From the NCBI GenBank assembly GCA_051294905.1, contig CM119373.1, positions 8,184,001-8,248,000 on the forward strand: a DNA stretch of 64,000 bases, written 5' to 3'. The notes under the pieces were generated by a model. The model made no database searches. It was not told the origin of the DNA and saw nothing but the letters and a program-made list of their open reading frames with translations. The translations under genes and the position numbers were made by a program. The stretch comes from Botryllus schlosseri. Its lineage: Eukaryota. Numbering within the stretch: position 1 is the stretch's first letter; each line of letters begins with the position of its first letter. Of the stretch, positions 60,250-64,000 are shown piece after piece.

Positions 60250-61309
60250 ATCTGCGAGATTTCAGCGACACTATACCCAATTAAAGAGCGAAATAACCCG
60301 TAGTAAAGAATGGTAAAGTGATTCGGCGTCCCGTTGCCAAGGCCTCATGAGCTCACTAGCGCTAAATGTGGGCAACAAGTCGACATTCACTATTTGTCTT
60401 GATGAAAACCTATTGTATATTTATCAGAATCAGAGCGACTGTAGCTTTCAAATAAGATTATTTAATTTGAGCGTCAGGGTCGTCATCTATGGGATTAGCT
60501 ATTGCGTTATCGCTTCATAGCAAATCTGTCGACTGTAGCATCACTCCACCGTGAATCACGTGTCGCGCATCTATCCGTGGGTTAGTTATCTATCAACTAG
60601 ATCAAAGAAAGGAATTTTCCATCACACCATGTGCCACAAACTCAACCAACAGGCATCACATACACTAATTACTATGATCCATATTCTTCCAACACATCAA
60701 GCAATGCAACATGACTTCACAAACGATATTATTCGGTCGTCAACAACTACGGTAAACTTAACATTTACAAATTCAAAAGATCACTATAAATTCTACTTGC
60801 CAGCACCGGCAGCTTCGAGTTACAGCTACGCGCAACCATTAACACCATCCGAGCTATCGTATCAGCAAACCCTAACCAGTTCGTTATTTTTACCCATTAT
60901 TCCAACATTTTATTTGCATTAATTTTTTTCAATCCTCCCCTATATACATGATGTAAAGATGCATTTTACCCCTGTCTTGTCATTTCAGCTTCCTTTCGTA
61001 ATGCAGCACTATGGCTCCAAAATTATTTTTTTAAAAAAGATGCAACATGCAACCTGAAATATATAATGTTGGGAAGGGACAAGATTCTTGCTATAGACGC
61101 CGAAAAGAAAACAGCATCCATTGTGGATCATGCTGTTGAAAACATTACACAAGACTCAAGTAATGACTATGTTGTTTAAGCATCTTCTTAATCTGCAATA
61201 ACGGATGCTGGTTTGAGTTCAAGTTCTGACTATGATGCTGGTCTTGGTACCTTGACAGTCGACAGCCATTAATTAAGCTGATGGCACCTAAAAAGTATTA
61301 TGAAAAATA

Positions 61310-62250
61310 CTCATGTGTCCCCCAAGCTTTAAGATCGATTGCAAGTAACAGACAACGATGCTGATGGGATCATTTATCACGGCTTGTGGCGGGGATAAAG
61401 CAATGTTCACTCTGTCAAGATCGTCAACGAAGAGAGCCAGGGTAACAAATCGTCTTGAAATTTCCAGGGATATTTCAGAAAAATTTCAAGAAAAGAAACC
61501 ACAGCATGTTGCCATTCATTGGAATGGAAAGCTCACAGAAGATAAATTGGGAAATCGATATTGTTCTATCTTGTAATCCTCAATACTCAGAAGGAAAGCT
61601 ACTTGACATTCAAAACATACAAAATGCTGCAGGTCAGACACAAGCTGAAGCCACCTTCAACCTAATTGAAAGGTGGAACATACAAGATGCTGTAGCAGGT
61701 TTGGTTTTTGTCACTACAGCAAATAACAGCAGCTGGAAGACGGGGGCAGCAAATAGCAAAGATGCTTGAAGGCCTTCTAGGAAGGGAGGTGTTCTACCAT
61801 GCTTGTCGGCATCATGTGTATGAGCTATTAGTGAAACACGTTTGGAAATGTTCATTTGGATAGGCCACAACTGGACCAGAGAATACATGGTTTTCCCCCC
61901 TTGAAAGGAACTGGAACAGTCTTGACAGCAATTCAAGACTCTGATTATTCCTTCCTGTTTGAGGAACGCGCAACAATGATAGTTGAAAAGTTCAGGGTGC
62001 TGCTGACCAAGAAAGATTTTTTCACACGCGACGACTACAGGCAATGTGTGAATAATGCCCTTGCTCTTCTCGGTGCAGGTGAAGATATACGCCATCACAA
62101 ACCTGGTGCAGCACATCATGCGAGATGGATGGGTACAATTCTGTATGTTCAGAAAATGTTCATGTGGTGTGGGCCGACCAGTTGAATAACAAATTTGAAG
62201 TTGAAATATTGCGCCGCTTCAATTTATTTTTAGTTCTTTTTGATATCCTT
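61310..62250 (+). pseudogene. Spy-type transposase remnant
   Basis: HWNGKL, FVTTANNS, HACRHHVYEL, RDDY and PGAAHHARWM in shifting frames. Confidence 0.72.
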
Positions 62251-62489
62251 GCCTGGGTTTATGCGAAGTTTATTACGAAGATAAAAACATAAATTGCCAC
62301 AAGGGCACAACAGGAATACAACAACAAACGTCGACCTCTCTCTCCGCTGTCGCATGTGATCTCCTCACCAATTGTACACGCTGCATTTTCTTTAGCTTCC
62401 CCCAAACGTGGCCAAGAAATAAATAGGTGCAACCGCTTTGTAATGGCTGTCCAAAACTATAACAGAAATTAAAGTTGTGATAATCCTAT

Positions 62490-62950
62490 CATTCAATTGT
62501 GTATGCAGGCTTACCGTTTGACACAACTGCATACAGAAGATTTGCTGACGCCAAGGGTATTGGCAATGGTTCGGTATTCGGCTGACGACGCCAAGGCATA
62601 GATACCCATTGCAGTTCTCTCTGCGGGGATTGGCTCACGTACAGTCACATCATCTTATACAAATATAACAGGAGGACGATAATAGATTGAGATCACAATA
62701 ATTGTCTAATATAATTGAACAGGACACATATTTTCTCACTTGGCACTTGGCAACGTTTTTACTCAAATCTGTAACAAAAAATACCAGGACTGTAGCTACG
62801 AAAGAAGTGGCATGTTGAAGCACAATACAACGTACCTGGCTTCGTATCATCATAAACATGATGCTAGTGAAAGTTTCTTTTGTCATCCTGAAATTTTCAA
62901 TCCACCGTGCATCAGCACCGTACGTCAGTTTCCCAATACTTCCCTGCCCT
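62490..62950 (-). pseudogene. Harbinger transposase fragment
   Basis: WIENFRMTKETF (~62900) and VREPIPAER..ALASSAEYRTIANTLGVSKSSVC (~62520-62650). Confidence 0.72.
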
Positions 62951-64000
62951 ATAAAGTTGGAAATATCCGATGAACCAGTGGTCACCCCGCTGTGGTCCTT
63001 GAGCAGTTCATTATTATAGGGACTATGTGCATGTGTTGACTGAACACTGTTCAGTTCAGACTGTAAATTCTTTGACCGGTGCACACCTTGGATGCATCAG
63101 AATCCTTCCAAAACGGTTTCCTTGTAATTCCAAATCTGATGAGATTATTCTCAGGTGATGATCAATATTTGATGTTGATATGATTTGATGGATGGAATCT
63201 ATCGTAAATTTGATCGCGAACAAAATTGCTAGCTTCTTATATTCAGGAAGCATGTTTTTTTTAGTATAAACCTCAATTACCTTACCACCAGCAACTGCAT
63301 CACACAACTAAAATAGCGCTGCGCCCAATATACTTTCACTATAGAGACTGTAGGATGGAGCGACGACTCATTGTTCTAAGTTTAGATCCGTCACGCTTGA
63401 CTTTGCGTAGTGAAATTCCGTTCGCGAAAGTCCGATTGTCCTATTTTACATGTAAAAGTATAGGCGATTTCGGAAATGCATGGATGAATTTGAGTGCCGA
63501 AAAAGGGTGGAAATATTCTAGCTAGACGTTTCAAACTTTGCATGTTACGAGGAAGCATCAATATGTTCTCACTAAAAAAAATTCACAACTGTCCTCCACC
63601 CAGAACACGTTTAAAATCAATTTCCCGCAATGCCTTATTCAGTGATAAGCTCTCCGCGGCCGAATCCCATAAACTCGTAGACAATGCTATAATTGATAAG
63701 GCTTTATGCGGTAATAATTGAGTGGCCGTTGAAAGCCGCTGATACCGATACAAAACTGCCTAAACTATTTTCCGTGCATAAGCAACCGATGAAAAAAAAC
63801 GAATAGCCTACACGGAAAGCGGATGAAAAAAGAGCGACGAAAAGATTATCAATACATCCAAAAGATCAATATCGTACACTGTTTCATCGGGCATTAGGCC
63901 TCAAAACCAGAAAGCAACTCAAAGTGGGAGCTCTGCCTAAGCTAAATTTGCCTGAAAGATGTAGCACAATCATAAAGGTATGCGGGGTATCTCTCACCAG

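Larger units (their letters stand above)
49295..60391. mobile_element. ISL2EU (PIF/Harbinger-related) transposon with convergent YqaJ-exonuclease and THAP-DDE genes
   Basis: ~70-bp inverted ends (..TGTCGACT..GCCCACATTT.GCGCTAGTGAGCTCATGAGGCCTTGGCAACGGGACGCCG) at ~49295-49367 and ~60322-60391, AT dinucleotide flanks, and the diagnostic two-gene content. Confidence 0.85.

Noticed and set aside
63800-64000. THAP-like tail (QLKVGALPKLNLP) at the window end
   Set aside because: The upstream C2CH residues were not found in frame, and the sequence is truncated by the window edge.

Overview
Repeat-dense animal genomic DNA (BEL/Pao, THAP/P, SINEs and short GT-AG introns point to an invertebrate metazoan). 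No host protein-coding gene can be supported. The window is two stacks of nested mobile elements with boundaries fixed by terminal inverted repeats (TIRs) and target-site duplications (TSDs). Stack 1: a decayed BEL/Pao LTR retrotransposon (window start to 39222) is split inside pol by a Foldback-like element (1332-35486, 9-bp TSD, 21/24-bp tandem arrays). A Polinton/Maverick (adintovirus-like endogenous virus; 2913-32823, AGTAGT termini, GACCTT TSD) sits in the left array. The Polinton is itself interrupted by a 10.4-kb TIR element in a (TA)n tract that holds a hAT MITE, a Penelope remnant and SINEs. The ~19.5-kb Polinton has the core genes (pPolB, ATPase, integrase, two pentons, MCP, adenain protease). 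It also carries unusual cargo: a death-domain-only ORF, a single-BIR IAP, a metacaspase-like protease, an E2 ubiquitin-conjugating enzyme, a tRNA-Ala(UGC), a degenerate SF3-helicase-like ORF and predicted introns. Stack 2: an ISL2EU element (49295-60391) contains a Harbinger (49541-56720), which contains an intact Buster-type hAT (52889-56464). A P-superfamily element (40916-44900) and Spy/Harbinger/hAT remnants fill the rest. All protein calls come from motif recognition by eye; no searches were run.
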